Positions 1-12,499 of a DNA stretch of 64,000 bases are shown here, piece after piece; within the stretch, counting starts at the first letter, position 1, and the number at the start of each line of letters is the position of its first letter. The DNA is from Felis catus. Its lineage: Eukaryota. The notes beneath the pieces are model-generated. The model was not told the DNA's origin and ran no database searches. It saw only the letters and a program-made list of their open reading frames with translations. The DNA lies in contig NC_058368.1 of the NCBI RefSeq assembly GCF_018350175.1, positions 221,280,001 through 221,344,000 on the forward strand. The letters are read 5' to 3'. The position numbers were made by a program, and so were the translations under genes.

Positions 1-465
1 AAAATCATGTTATTTTTCAATTTAGAAAGAGAACTCTTTGTTAATTTCAATTATGGTGGTTTAAATTATATTATTTATGAAAACACTGTTGAAATTAAAA
101 TAATTTTGCTTTGATTCAGCTTTTAATATTTATATATACAAACACATAAAGTGTGCTTGTACATTTAAGATTTTTTTACTTTATATCACAGCTATTTTTG
201 TGGCATTTCTCTGAGTTCATTGAATATTTCAGTTACATTCTTAAATTACCACCTACAATCAACCACACTTATTAAATTCTTTAGCAACTAAAAACAAAAC
301 TCTTAGAGATTATTTCAACCAGCAAAGACGTTTTCCTAATAGTACCCTGACCCATGTTATTATGCTTTACCTTGAATTATTTGCCAATTAGATTTTAACT
401 TCCTACTATCCTTTTTTTAAATTTATCTCCCATTTATTTATTATATTTTCCAAATAGAAGTCTAA

Positions 466-467
<2 letters not shown>

Positions 468-504
<37 letters not shown>

Positions 505-511
505 CACACAC
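468..511. repeat. (TG)n microsatellite followed by a short inverted (AC)4 tract
   Basis: Uninterrupted TG run 468-503, then acacacac. Confidence 0.95.
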
Positions 512-1099
512 ATAGCATGGACATCTCTTCATTAATCTTGAAAGCCTTGTTAATTGTTCAGTCTTCTTGTAGAACTTTTCCAGTTGTTTTTCTTTTAGAT
601 GTTTTTTTTTTTTTTCTTATGGATGGCAGAACAGGTCAGATTTTCTAGTTCTTGGTCAAGTCCTTCTTGTATACATACCTGTTGATTTATAGTTGCTTTC
701 AGTTTGTAATGTTTCCTCAAGTACACCAAAGTTTCCTATTGAACCTCATCATATTTTCTCTCTCCAATGAGTCTATAATCTTCACTAGTGCAAATCTAGG
801 CACATAAAAGATGGAAAGATGTTTTTTTTTCTAATTTTTGAATATTAAGTACTTTTCTAGTAAGAAAATACTTAAGTTGTTATCCAAAGAATTTGAGGAA
901 AATGAGGATTCCATAAAATATTGACTTTTCTAAAAGAAATCCACATATTATAAATCCTGACCAAGGAATATATAAATGATTTGAAAAATGTATTCCCTCC
1001 TCCAAACAAATGATTCACAAATTTATTTACATGACAGATTCTGTTGTTTGTCTACTTGGTTAAACATCACTCAACTGCACCGTTTTCTTGTTTGCTCAC

Positions 1100-1370
1100 C
1101 ATCATCAAAAGGTCAATGTGACCCAAGGGTGAAGGTTACATAACCCAAACAAATTATGGTGATCCACTTTTTCCTGATGGTGATTGGCTGAAGAATGGCA
1201 TGTGATGCAGTGAAATACACTTCTCATAAATTAAGGGGGAAAAAAGTGAGGCCTTTTGGGTGGAAGGGAGTTTAAAAATAATTTATTTCTCTTGAAAATG
1301 GACATAAGACAGGAGTACTTCCTTTTTTCAGCTCTTAATATTTCTCTTTCTTTTCTTTTCTTTTCTTTTC

Positions 1371-1408
<38 letters not shown>

Positions 1409-1617
1409 TGAGATAACATTTTGGTCCATGGTGGTAGACATAGACAAAACATTGAGGTGGAGAGAGTAGATAGTAAGTAGGCTTCTGATGAAATGATGGA
1501 ATCATTGGAACAATGTTCCTGATGAAATGTTTTATGTACAGTAATAATTCATGTTGCTTCAGTCATTTGATTTGGTATTTTTTTGTTATTATGCCTGAAG
1601 GTGTCTAAACTGACACA
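1100..1617 (+). mobile_element. Old MaLR solo LTR (MLT1J/K/I-like), interrupted by a CTTTT tract
   Basis: 'ggtgatccac...tggtgattggctgaagaatggcatgtgatgcag' and the terminus 'ttcagtcatttgatttggtattt...gtctaaactgacaca' resemble MLT1 consensus motifs. The 5' boundary is uncertain. Confidence 0.6.
1346..1407. repeat. (CTTTT)n plus poly-T tract
   Basis: Seen directly; it explains the Lys/Arg-rich spurious ORF 1231..1452. Confidence 0.95.
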
Positions 1618-1981
1618 GTATTTTAAGGAACACTGTGATTGAATACAAATTTTGGTTAATAGTAGTTAGTGACTCGTTAATAGTAACAGTTTATTTATTC
1701 ATTGTTTCACCTTCTAAGACAGGCAGTTCACATATTCAGACAGTAGCTATGAATGATTTTAAGTGTTTGAAATTAACACAGAGGACAAATTTAAGTTTCA
1801 GTCATCAAATACAGGAACTTGACTGTTGAAGATTTTGTGTTTGAAGATCTTAAAAGGATACCCTTAGTGATCTGAGTTTATAGTAAGATGATGGCATCTC
1901 TTCAATCCTTCAAAGATAATGATACTCTCATTTTGTGTAGCAGAATTCACTACATTAACTTTAAAGGACATTTAAGAAGTT

Positions 1982-2324
1982 AAGTGAGGCTGTTGCCTAT
2001 TTTCTCCTCTAGGGTTTTGACGGTTTCCTGTCTCACATTCAGGTATTTCATCCATTTTGAGTCAGTTTTTGTATATGGTTTAAGCAAGTGGTCTAATTTG
2101 ATTTTCTGCACGTGGCTGTCCAGTTTTCCCAGCACCATTTGTTAAAGAGACTATCTTTTTTTTCCATTGGATGCTCTTCCCTGCTCTATCAAAGATTAGT
2201 TGGCCATACATTTGTGGGTCCAATTCTGGGTTCTCTGTTCTATTCCATTGGTCTATGTGTCTGTTTTTGTGCCAATACCATACTGTCTTGATGATTACAC
2301 TTTTGTAGCAGAGGCTAAAGTATG
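1982..2324 (-). mobile_element. L1 ORF2 internal fragment (carnivore/felid L1), no 3'UTR or poly-A
   Basis: The minus-strand ORF reads '[50 protein letters not shown]', a conserved L1 ORF2p segment. Confidence 0.95.
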
Positions 2325-2350
2325 GAAGCCAATTTGACAATAAATTATTA

Positions 2351-2574
2351 TTTTTTTTTTAAATGTTTTTTCAACGTTTATTTATTTTTGGGACAGAGAG
2401 AGACAGAGCATGAACGGGCGAGGGGCAGAGAGAGAGGGAGACACAGAATCGGAAACAGGCTCCAGGCTCTGAGCCATCAGCCCAGAGCCCGACGCGGGGC
2501 TCGAACTCACAGACCGTGAGATCGTGACCTGGCTGAAGTCGGACGCTTAACCGACTGCGCCACCCAGGCGCCCC
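2351..2574 (-). mobile_element. CanSINE, young felid SINEC_Fc type
   Basis: Full tRNA-derived head, CT tract and A tail; many CpGs intact; perfect 15-bp TSD gacaataaattatta (2336-2350 / 2575-2589). Confidence 0.98.
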
Positions 2575-3579
2575 GACAATAAATTATTAAAAAAAAAGTT
2601 AAAGCTGCTTCCTTATAATCAGAAATCTTAAAGGCATGTGCTGATTTCTTTGTTTACATTTTTTTAATGAATCATAGAGGATATTACACATGATGATGCT
2701 TTTTTGGTAATTTTTTTAGGGAAAAAATAGATCCTAAGTGTATTTAAAGAGATATTAATTTTTCTTTAGAGTTATTACAGTTTTCATTAAATGTGCTTTA
2801 CGTATTAGAAAATAACATCATATTATTTCCTAAAAGAAATTTAAGCCAAAATGTTTTATTAGCTTTAGCATATGTACCAGAAGACAATTCTTGCCCTTAG
2901 ACATTTAACACAGGTTTCATACCTGATTACAGAAAAAAAAAAGAAGAAATAAAAATATCTCAGGAACTATTTTAAAACTTATGTTCTGTAAATGATATAA
3001 ATATTTGACAAAAATAAAAAAAAATAAATACATACAGTAAAGTTCAAATGTTTATGTAATTACTACTGACTAATAATGAATATATATTTGTCTTTAATTT
3101 CACAAATCTTTTATATTTGGCTCTATGTTTCTGTAGAAATAGGAGGCCGAAGGACTTATGTTTCACTTTTTTCATGTAATATCAATATAAATATTTGATT
3201 TTAATTAATTTCATATTTCTGGTGATAATTCATAAAGAAAAGGCTGATCTCAATATGCATATATAACTCATGTATTTATAGGGAAAATAATGTATCAATC
3301 TGCATTATTTCTAGAAATATTTGTTTTTATGATATAATGTATGAAAACAGTTGTGGTTAGAAATCCAGAAGGAACCCACAATATTGGACACATTTGACAT
3401 TTGTTGAATCCAAGAAGCAAAATCGTAACATAAATTTTATAAGCATTTATAAACCTTCAAGTATATGAAAAAATATAGGTGAATCCAAGAATAGCAAAAA
3501 TGCCGTAGTATAATCTCTATTTTCAGAGAGGAATGGATTCCTGTGTTTGCCTGATATAAACATTAAAATATGAAACATA

Positions 3580-3801
3580 GAGGCACCTGAATGGCTCAAT
3601 CGGTTAAGTGTCAGACTCTGGATTTCGGCTCAGGTCATGATCTCATGGCTTGTGAATTCAAGCCCCCCAGTCAGGCTCTGTGCTGACAGTGGGGAGACTG
3701 CTTGAGATTCTCTCTCTCCCTCTCGTTCTCTCTGCCCCTACCCCCACACACATACTCTCTCTCTCTCCCTCTATTTCTCTTAAAATAAACATTAAAAAAA
3801 A
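3580..3801 (+). mobile_element. CanSINE
   Basis: Head 'gaggcacctgaatggctcaatcggttaag'; 16-bp TSD taaaatatgaaacata (3564-3579 / 3802-3817). Confidence 0.97.
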
Positions 3802-4799
3802 TAAAATATGAAACATAAATACATAAATAACCCAGAGGTAGGAAGATGTGATAACCTCTGTACCCGAATTATGGAAAACCGTGTAACACAAAATATGACT
3901 GAGGGTCCCTGGATGTTCTCTGTTGTCACAAAGTATCTGCTTTGAGGTTAGATTTACCATAGGTTTAAATTCAAGTGATACAAATCTCATTCTGAAGCTG
4001 TCACCACCTAATGTGTGTTTTATTAAGTATTTGTGGGAATATGGAATACAGTGAGGGAATGAGTAATACCTAAGACAGCAAACTTATCAAATATCCCTGC
4101 TTTCCTGCTTGTCTTCCTGATAGTGAGTCTCCTTTTCCACTGGCACCTCAGCTCTCCAGTACTTTCTTCTGTCTGCCCAAAGGAAGGACATAGACATAAT
4201 TAGGTCAGTGAGATCACTAGGTACCTGAGGCAACAGTAGGCAGAAAGGAGGACAAGGTGTTAGAAGGACAAAATAAGGTTTCACTGTGTGAAAAGATTAA
4301 AAGCAAAATGAAGCAAGTATGCAAATAGGCAAACAAAAGAGCTTAATAGTCCCCTCTAAATTATTTTCTAGAAGTAATTCATTTGGAAATATTTTTCTGG
4401 ATGGATGCATTGAATATTATTTCAGGCTGCTTCAATTAAATGTAACTGCTGGATGCTTGTTGAACAAAGAGTAAAGTGTTCATGCCCCATCCCCTGCCCT
4501 TTTTCTTTTTCTGCTAATCAGTACAATAGTTTAGACTATTATTTGGTTTATTTCTTTATTTTCCACTTGGCTCTTAGATACTGAAGTTAACTGACAGAAT
4601 GATGATGGTGAAGCATTTTCCTTGAAGTGGTTAAAAATAATAGTTACAAGGGAGTTGCTGAAGTTTTGTAGATCAGTCAATTTTGAAATCAAAGTTATGC
4701 TGGATTTCTTCAAGAAGAGAGCTTTTCTCCATGGAGTTTTAATCTGGCCAGTTAACTTTATGCATCTATAGAAGTTTTCTTCCTTTTTCTCCTGTTGTG

Positions 4800-4960
4800 A
4801 CATTTATTAGCATCTACTTATCATATGCTTATTTACATTTATTATTTATCTCCTTAAGGCATATAAACTCTTTGAAAATGACATAGATATCTGATTCATC
4901 TTGTGTAATCCAGGAGCTGGGCATGTAGTAGTTATTTAATAATAGCATTGAATAAATGTC
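4800..4960 (+). mobile_element. L2 3' end fragment
   Basis: 'ataaactctttgaaaatgaca...gggcatgtagtagttatttaataatagcattgaataaatg' resembles a decayed L2 terminus. Confidence 0.5.
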
Positions 4961-6709
4961 TCTCAGTGAAAAAATTACTTTCTAAATATTAGAAACCAAA
5001 TGTACCATTGAAAAACTAGAAATAATAGGATTTTACTAGAATGGTAGCATTTATCAGCTAGACCCAATTTCAGGAGATATTTGAAGAAATTAGATCCTGA
5101 GGTTCATTTTTTTTTTTCCAATTAATTTTCCATTGATAAGGAAAAATAAGATCCTCGCCTTCAAAATTGTTTATGCTTGTACTCCTAGAAAAATACTTAT
5201 TGGTCATATCTGTTACTGGAGGGAGGAATACACATATTAATAAATAAAGTGACACACCCAGCTATTGTATTATACATGCAAATACTTGAGTTTTAAAGTT
5301 GAGTAAATTAATTCACATTGAAGAAAGGGAGTCAGTTCCACTGGTAGTTCACATTTTAGTTTGAAATGTTGCTTAATATGTTTGTATTTAGGAAATAAGT
5401 TTTTTTTCTTTCTGTTGTTGCTTTCTCTTCTTGATGAGTGTTTACATTAATGTCAGTGTAGACAAAAGTTTGAAATACTTGAATTTTGCTGTTGACCAAA
5501 TCTCATCTATTGTAAGCACTCCATTTGATGAAGATATACTTGTTCAAATTCTGCCTCATTGTCACATTCACAAAAGCAATTCACCAAATTCACAGACCAA
5601 GTTCATAAAAGTATTACATAGAGATGGGAGATGATATGGCAACATTAATGAAATACTCTTTTTATAAACTTCTCTGGAACCATCCATTCATTCACTTAGT
5701 TCCTGAGTAGTGACTATGTGACTAGCACTCTTCTAGGTACCAAAATGGCTAAGTCACATTTCTGCCCTTTTGATGGTTATGCTACAGTTGTGTCCTGGTT
5801 AGATCCTCCCATTTTTCTACACTTACTTTCTCACCTGTAACCTTTTCTACTAATGTAAGTCTCCCAATCTCCTGCTATCTATTGCCACATAGGATAACTC
5901 CCATGTGTAATCCCAACTGCCAATGGTTTATCACAAATCTATCATGAACTAGGTAAATGATTTCCCAGTAGATACACAAAATTAAGTTGTAAATCGGATC
6001 TCCTTGTTTTATGTATGATTCACCTAGAAATCTTTTGAGTTACTATTTTAACCCCTTAACTACAGTTTATTAAAACAGTTGTTTTTCTTTTTTATTTCCA
6101 TCACTCCTGTTTAGGGTGCATGGGCTTCCCTTCTTCCTCTTCTCTTTATCCCTCCTTCCCCATCCTTTTTAACACATAATGGGAAATTCTGAAAACAAAA
6201 CAAAACTATATAATTTCATTTCTTCTGGGTCGTGCAATACCTTTTTGGCCCAAAGTAAAATACTCTTAGCCTTTAAACCTTGACTGCATTAAATTAGAAA
6301 CAACAAATACATTTCTTGGTATCAGTTTCAACACCTGTTTATTGCTCACCACAGACCATGAGCATGAGGACAGTGTCTTTATATAGCCACAGGATAAAGG
6401 CACTACTTTTGAAAACCATCTGAGAAAAGAAGTATGATGGTTGGTAGAATATGAGGAGCCTACGAAGGCATATTTATTTTCCTTTGTCTAATATGCTCTC
6501 TTATTATCTAATAATAGATTGTCAGTATTTACTTGGTTTGATTAAAGATGTTGCAAGTATTGTCTCCAATTCTACTCAATATATTTTAGCTAAATCAACA
6601 TCATATTTTTGGTTCCCAAAAGATGCATTTGTTTAAAGTTTTAGATCTGGTCTTGTTTCTTTGAAGGATTATCTAAACAACAGATGTGTATGTAGGCATA
6701 TAAATGCAA

Positions 6710-7076
6710 TGCTTACAGGTTGAATGTTTGTGGCTCCCCAGATTCATAGGTTGAAGCATTAAACCCCAAAGTGATGGTATTTCAAGGTGAAGCTTTTGGG
6801 ATGTATTGAGTTTAGATGAGATCATGAGAGTGGGGCCCTCCTACTGAGATTAGTGACCTTAGAAGAAGAGGAAGAGACCACATCTCTCTATGTCTTGTAA
6901 AGATATAGGGAGAAGTTTTCTGACTGCAAGCCAGGAACAAGCCCTTCCCTAGGCATTGGATCTGCTTGCACCTGGATTTTAGACTTCTTAGCCTCCATAA
7001 CTCAGAAATAAATGTCTGTTGCTTAAGCCATGGAGAATATGGTATTTTGTCACAGCAGTTCGAGCTGAGCAAGAGA
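6710..7076 (+). mobile_element. MaLR solo LTR (MLT1A-like)
   Basis: Starts 'tgcttacaggttgaatgtttgtggctcccc', contains 'agaaataaatgtctgttgcttaagcca', ends 'cacagcagttcgagctgagcaagaga'; ~365 bp. Confidence 0.9.
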
Positions 7077-7632
7077 GCGATGAAGGTTTTTTGCTGTTAT
7101 ATTCTTCAGCTTCCCAAGGACATCTTATCTTTGGGGGGAAAGAAAAAAAGCAAGAAAAGCAAAAGGAGGAACTTATTAAATCTCAATGTTTTACATTTTT
7201 AGAGATAATTTTAATCAGTAGAGAGCAACTATGAGAAAGGTTTTTTAGAAGAACAGAAATATCTTTTTCATGCCTTTTAATCTACATCACACATATATTT
7301 TTCATACCTTGCTTATAGAACAGGCCCAGTTGGCATATAATTAAATGGTTGTTTTCATTCTCTAAGATAAGTGTTTCTCAAATGAATTAACTGCCATTTA
7401 AAGATCAAAATATTTAATAAAAATGTAAATACACCTGGAAAAACATATGCTGATAAAGGCCATCTGCATTTCTCCATTAACTTTGCATATTGATAAATTT
7501 AAGACATTTGTAAGGATATTTCCATTATTCATTTACAGACTCAGTTAACTGTTACATTTTAATTACTTAACCTTAGTTATCAATTTTCTCTTCAGAGTCT
7601 CTAATTTTTTTCATTTGAAAATGCATATCTAT

Positions 7633-7946
7633 TACAAAACAGATGAACATCAGGGAAGAGAAGCAAAAATAAAACAAGAACAGAGAGGGAGACAAGTCAT
7701 AAGAGACTCTTAAATACAGAGAACAAACTGAGGGTTGCTGGAGGGGAGGTGGGTGGGTGGATGGGCTAGATGGGTGATGGGTACTAAGGAGGGCCCTTGT
7801 CAGGATGAGCACTGGGTGTTATATGTAAGTGAAGAATCACTAAATTCTATTTCTGAAATTATTATTACACTATATGTGGACTAACTTGAATGTAAATTTT
7901 TTTAAAATAATAAATAATAATAATATAATAATAATAATAATAATAA
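7633..7946 (+). mobile_element. 5'-truncated carnivore L1 (3'UTR only) with (AAT)n tail
   Basis: 'aagagactcttaaatacagagaacaaactgagggttgctggaggggag...gagcactgggtgttatatgtaagtgaagaatcactaaattcta'; degenerate TSD gaaaatgcatatct / gaaaacacctatat. Confidence 0.93.
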
Positions 7947-8490
7947 AGAAAACACCTATATATTTAACTCAGTGTTTCATTTATTTGTATATTAAAATTT
8001 TTAAAAATGTATTTAAATGTCTTCTAAGTACACACGTAAATGCACAGAAATATTGTTTTAAATAATATGTTTATCCTCTACATTAAATAGCTACTTTGTC
8101 AATTTGGAACTTTGTGAACCATCATCCATATAAATAGAACTCAGCGATTCAATTTATACGGACTACCATTAATGTATTTACTGGCATAGGAAAGCAGCAT
8201 ATTATGATCTTGCTTAATCAGTCCTGCTGTTACCATGGGTGGCACAGATGACATATTTACTTAAGTCGTAAATGAACTTTCTCTGTTAACACGTGTTTCT
8301 CTTTTCAGTCTCTGCTCAATTCACTAATTCTGTACAATAGTTGGCAGACCACATGGTATTTTATTTGAGAAAAAAATAGGGTATTTTTATTAATCTTTGT
8401 TTTGACGCATTTGTGTATATTATGTTGCCAAATTACCCAGATTTGTGACACTCCAGATAGTAAGTGAAGTATTAAACATAGAATAGACCC

Positions 8491-11340
8491 GGAGGAGGAG
8501 TTAAGATGGCAGGGTAGTAGGAGGGCCTTATGTTTGCCTAGTCCAAGGGGAATTCTACCAACCATTTAAAGAAGAGTTAATATCTATTCTTTTCAAACTG
8601 TTCCAAAAATAGACATGGAAGGAAAACTTCAAAATTCATATTACAATGCCAGCATTACCTTGATTCCAAAACCAAAGACTCTGGTAAAAAGGAGAACTAC
8701 AGGGCAATATCCCTGATGAACATGGATGTAAAAATTCTCAACAAGGTACTAGCAAATCAAATCCAACAGTACATTAAAAGAATTATTCACCGTTATCAAG
8801 TGGGAGTCATTCCTGGGCTTCAGGGGTGGTTCAGTATTTGCAAATCAATCAACATGATACGCCACATTAATAAAAGAAAGGATAAGAACCATGTGGTCCT
8901 GTCAATAGATGCAGAAAAAGCATTTGACAAAATACAGCATCCATTTTTGATAAAAACTCTCAACAAAGTAGTTATAGATGGAACACATATCTCAGTATTA
9001 TAAAGGCCATATGTTAAAGATCCTATCTTTAACAGCTAATATCATCCTTAATGCAGAAAAACTGAGAGCTTTTCCTCTATGGTCAGGAACAAGACACTCT
9101 CACTATTGTTATTTACAATAACACAGGGAGTCCTATTTTCAGCAATCACACAACAAATAGATATAAGAGGCATCTAAATAAGCAAGGAGGAATTCAGACT
9201 TTCACTATTCACAGATGACATGACACTCTATTTTGAAAGCCCAAAAGAGTTCACCACAAAATTGCTAGAACTGATACAAGAATTCAGCAGCATCATGGGA
9301 TACAAAATCAATGTACCCAAATCTGTTGCCTTTCTATACACCAATGGTTAAGCAGCAGAAAAAGAAATTAAGGAATTGATCCAATTTACAATTGCAACAA
9401 AACCCATAAGATACCTAGGAATAAACTGAGCCAACGATGAGAAAGGTATCTACTCTAAAAACTATGGAACACTTATAAAAAACTGAAGAGGACACAAAGA
9501 AATGGAAAAGCATTCAATGCTCATGGATTGGAAGAAAGATATTGTTAAAATGTCTACACTACCCCAAACAATCTACACATTTAATGGAATCCCTATAAAA
9601 ATAACACCAGCATTTTCACACAGCTAGAACAAACAATCCTGAAATTTGTATCGAACCACAAAAGACCTTGAATAGTTAAAGGACTCCTGAAAAAAGAAAA
9701 GTAAAACTGGAAACATCACAATTACGGACCTCAAGCTATATTACAAAACTGTAATAATCAAGACAGTATGGTACTGGCACAAAAATAGACACATAGATCA
9801 ATAGAACAGAATAGGAATCCCAGAACAATATGTTCAACTAATCTTCCACAAAGCAGGAAAGAATTTCCAATGGAAAAGGCAGTCTCTTCAGCAAATGGTG
9901 TTGGGAAAGCTGGAGAACAACATTCAGAAGAATGAAAAAGGACCACTTTCTTACATCATACACAAAAATAAATTCAAAATGGATGAAAAACCTAAATATG
10001 GGGCAGGAAGCCATGAAAATCCTAGAGGATAACACAGGCAGCAACCTCTTTGATATCAGCCATAACAACTTCTTACTGGACATGTCTCTGGAGGAAAGGG
10101 AAACAAAAGCAAAAATGAACTAATGGAGGGGTGCCTAGGTGGCTAAATCAATTAGGCATCTGACTCTTGATTAGGGCTCAGGTCATGACCTCCTGGTTCG
10201 TGGTTCAAGCCCTGCCTTGGGCTCTGTGCTGACAGCACAGAGCCTACTTAGGTTTTTCTCTCTCTACCTGTCTCTCTGACCGTCTTGCTCACTCTCTCTC
10301 AAAATAAATAAACAAGCTTAGAAAAAAAATGAACTATTGGGACTTCATCAAGATAAAATCTTCTGCGCAGTGAAGGGAATAATAAACTAAAAGGCAACCT
10401 ATGGAATGAGAGAAGATATTTGCAAATGATATATTTAATAAAGGATTAGTATCCAAAATCTATAAAGAATTTATCAAACTCAACACCCAAGAAAGCAAAT
10501 AATGCAGTTAAGAAATGGGCAGAAGACATTAATAGACACTTCCCCAAAGAAGACATCCAGATGTCTAACAGACACATGAAAAGATCCTCAACGTCACTCC
10601 TCAATGTTACTCATAATCAAGGAAACACAAGTCAAAACTACACTAAGATATCACCTCACACCTTTCAGAATGGCTAAATATATGACACAGGAAACAATAG
10701 ATGTTGGCGAGGATGTGGGAAAAGGGGAGCCCTCATACACTGTTTATGGGATTGAAAGCTGTTGTAGCCACTCTGGAAAACAGTATGGAGGTTTCTCAAA
10801 AAGTTAAACATAGAACTACCTTAAGAGCCAGCACTTGAACTACTAGGTATTAACCCAAATGACACAAAAATACTGATTTAAAGGGCATATACACCCCTAT
10901 GTTTATAGCAGCACTATCAATAATAGCCAAATTATTCAAAAAGCCCAAATGTGCATCAACTAATGAATGGGTAAAGAAGATGTTTATATAAAACAAATAT
11001 GACAAATATATTAACAAATATACAAGGAATATTATTCAGACATGAAAAATAATGAAGTCTTGCTATTTTCAATGATGTGGATGGAGCTATGGTGTATTAT
11101 TCTAAGTGAAACAAGTCAGTTGGAGAAAGACAAATAGTATATGATTTCACTCATGTCTGTAATTTAAGAAGCAAATCAGATGAACATAGGGAAAGGGGGA
11201 AAAAAGGGAGGGAGGGAAACCATAAGTGACTCTTAACTATAGAGAACAAACTGAGGATTGATGGAGGGGAGGTGGGTGGGGGATGGGCTAAATGAGCAAT
11301 GGGTATTCAGGAGGGCACTGGTGTGATAGTACTGCGTGTT
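8491..11340 (+). mobile_element. Carnivore L1, internally deleted: ~54 nt of 5'UTR joined to the ORF2 RT/C-terminal region and most of the 3'UTR; inactive
   Basis: Starts ggaggaggagttaagatggc (L1 5' end with YY1 motif). ORF2 peptides GEFYQ.FKEE, '[25 protein letters not shown]...[15 protein letters not shown]' and 'LRYHLTP'; many frameshifts and stops; ends before the poly-A. Confidence 0.95.
10128..10324 (+). mobile_element. CanSINE nested in L1 ORF2
   Basis: TSD aaaaatgaactaatgg (10111-10126) / aaaaatgaactattgg (10325-10340); L1 sequence resumes after it. Confidence 0.97.
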
Positions 11341-11381
11341 TAGTTTTAAACAGACTAGTACTCAGAGCAAAGCATGTGTAA

Positions 11382-11444
11382 TTTTTTCTTTTTTTTAAGT
11401 TTATTGATTTTGTGAAAGAGCGCCCGCACACACACGCGCACGCA

Positions 11445-11494
<50 letters not shown>

Positions 11495-11673
11495 TGCACG
11501 TGCACAAGTTGGGGAGGGGCAGAGAGAGGGAAAGGAGAGAATATCATGCCTGCTCTGCACTGTCAGTACAGAGTCTGAAACAGGGCTCCATCCCACTAAC
11601 CGAACCGTGAGATAATGACCAGAGCCAAAATCGAGAGTTGGCTGCTTAACTGACTGAGCCACCCAGGCATCCC
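11382..11673 (-). mobile_element. CanSINE with expanded internal CA/CG microsatellite
   Basis: Ends 'ctgagccacccaggcatccc'; internal (CA)n/(CG)n tract at ~11425-11505. Confidence 0.95.
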
Positions 11674-11806
11674 TGAATGTTTTCTTAGTAAAAAGTTACC
11701 CTATATGTGCTCTTTGTACTTAAAACCTTAAATTAAAACCTGACTCATTCTAATATCCTAATAAACTTGATCCTTCTTTCTTTGTACTTACATCTGCTTG
11801 GTAGAT

Positions 11807-12043
11807 TGTTTGTTTGTTTATTTATTTATTTATTTTTTTAGGGACAGAGAGGGATAGCACATGCATGCATGTGTGTGTGTGAGAGAGCTGTGAGAGGGCA
11901 GAGGGATAGAGAGAGTGAATCTTAAGCAGGCTTCATGATCAGCAGGGAACCTGATGCCAGACTGGATCCCATGACCCTGGGATCATGACCTGAGCCGAAA
12001 TCAAGACTTGGATGCTCAACCATCTGAGCCACCCAGCTTCCCC
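11807..12043 (-). mobile_element. CanSINE (older subfamily)
   Basis: 'gatcatgacctgagccgaaatcaagacttggatgctcaaccatctgagccacccag'; degenerate TSD tgcttggtagat / tgtctggtagat. Confidence 0.93.
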
Positions 12044-12499
12044 TGTCTGGTAGATCTTAAAATACCTTTAAAGACCCCAAGTCAAAACTAAGTGTGTCTG
12101 TTATAGACATCATATGGTTCCACCTGTTTTTTGGACCCTAACTGATATAAACATGTACTATTTTCATGATTGCTATTATGGCAGATGGGTCTTCTGTCAT
12201 GTTATGCTTAACAGATTGACTTATAAAAATTTTCACTGATACTTCCTTTGATATATAATTGCTCTTTATTTTAATTTTCTTACTCTGGTAATAGAGGAGT
12301 ATGTACTGTATATTTGTATATCTTAATAATAAGTATATACCCATATTTTTGAATTCGTAAATTTAAAAACCCAAACATTATAATGTCTCCCTTTGCATTT
12401 TTATAGAGATTATAGTTTAACAACTTTTATGTATCAATGAATATTTTGACTATGTTTCTAGTCAGTAATAATTCTCTTTGAGTTAATTATGGTAATTTA

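Noticed and set aside
4597..4770. Open frame after ctgacag (NDDGEAFSLKWLK...)
   Set aside because: No polypyrimidine tract, no convincing donor, runs into a stop, and the peptide is unrecognised.
5431..5634. 67-aa ORF in unique sequence
   Set aside because: Starts at a non-ATG codon, no recognisable domain or splice signals; length expected by chance.
8716..10807. ORFs with reverse-transcriptase-like peptides
   Set aside because: Fragments of a frameshifted, dead L1 ORF2; not a host gene or a novel RT system.
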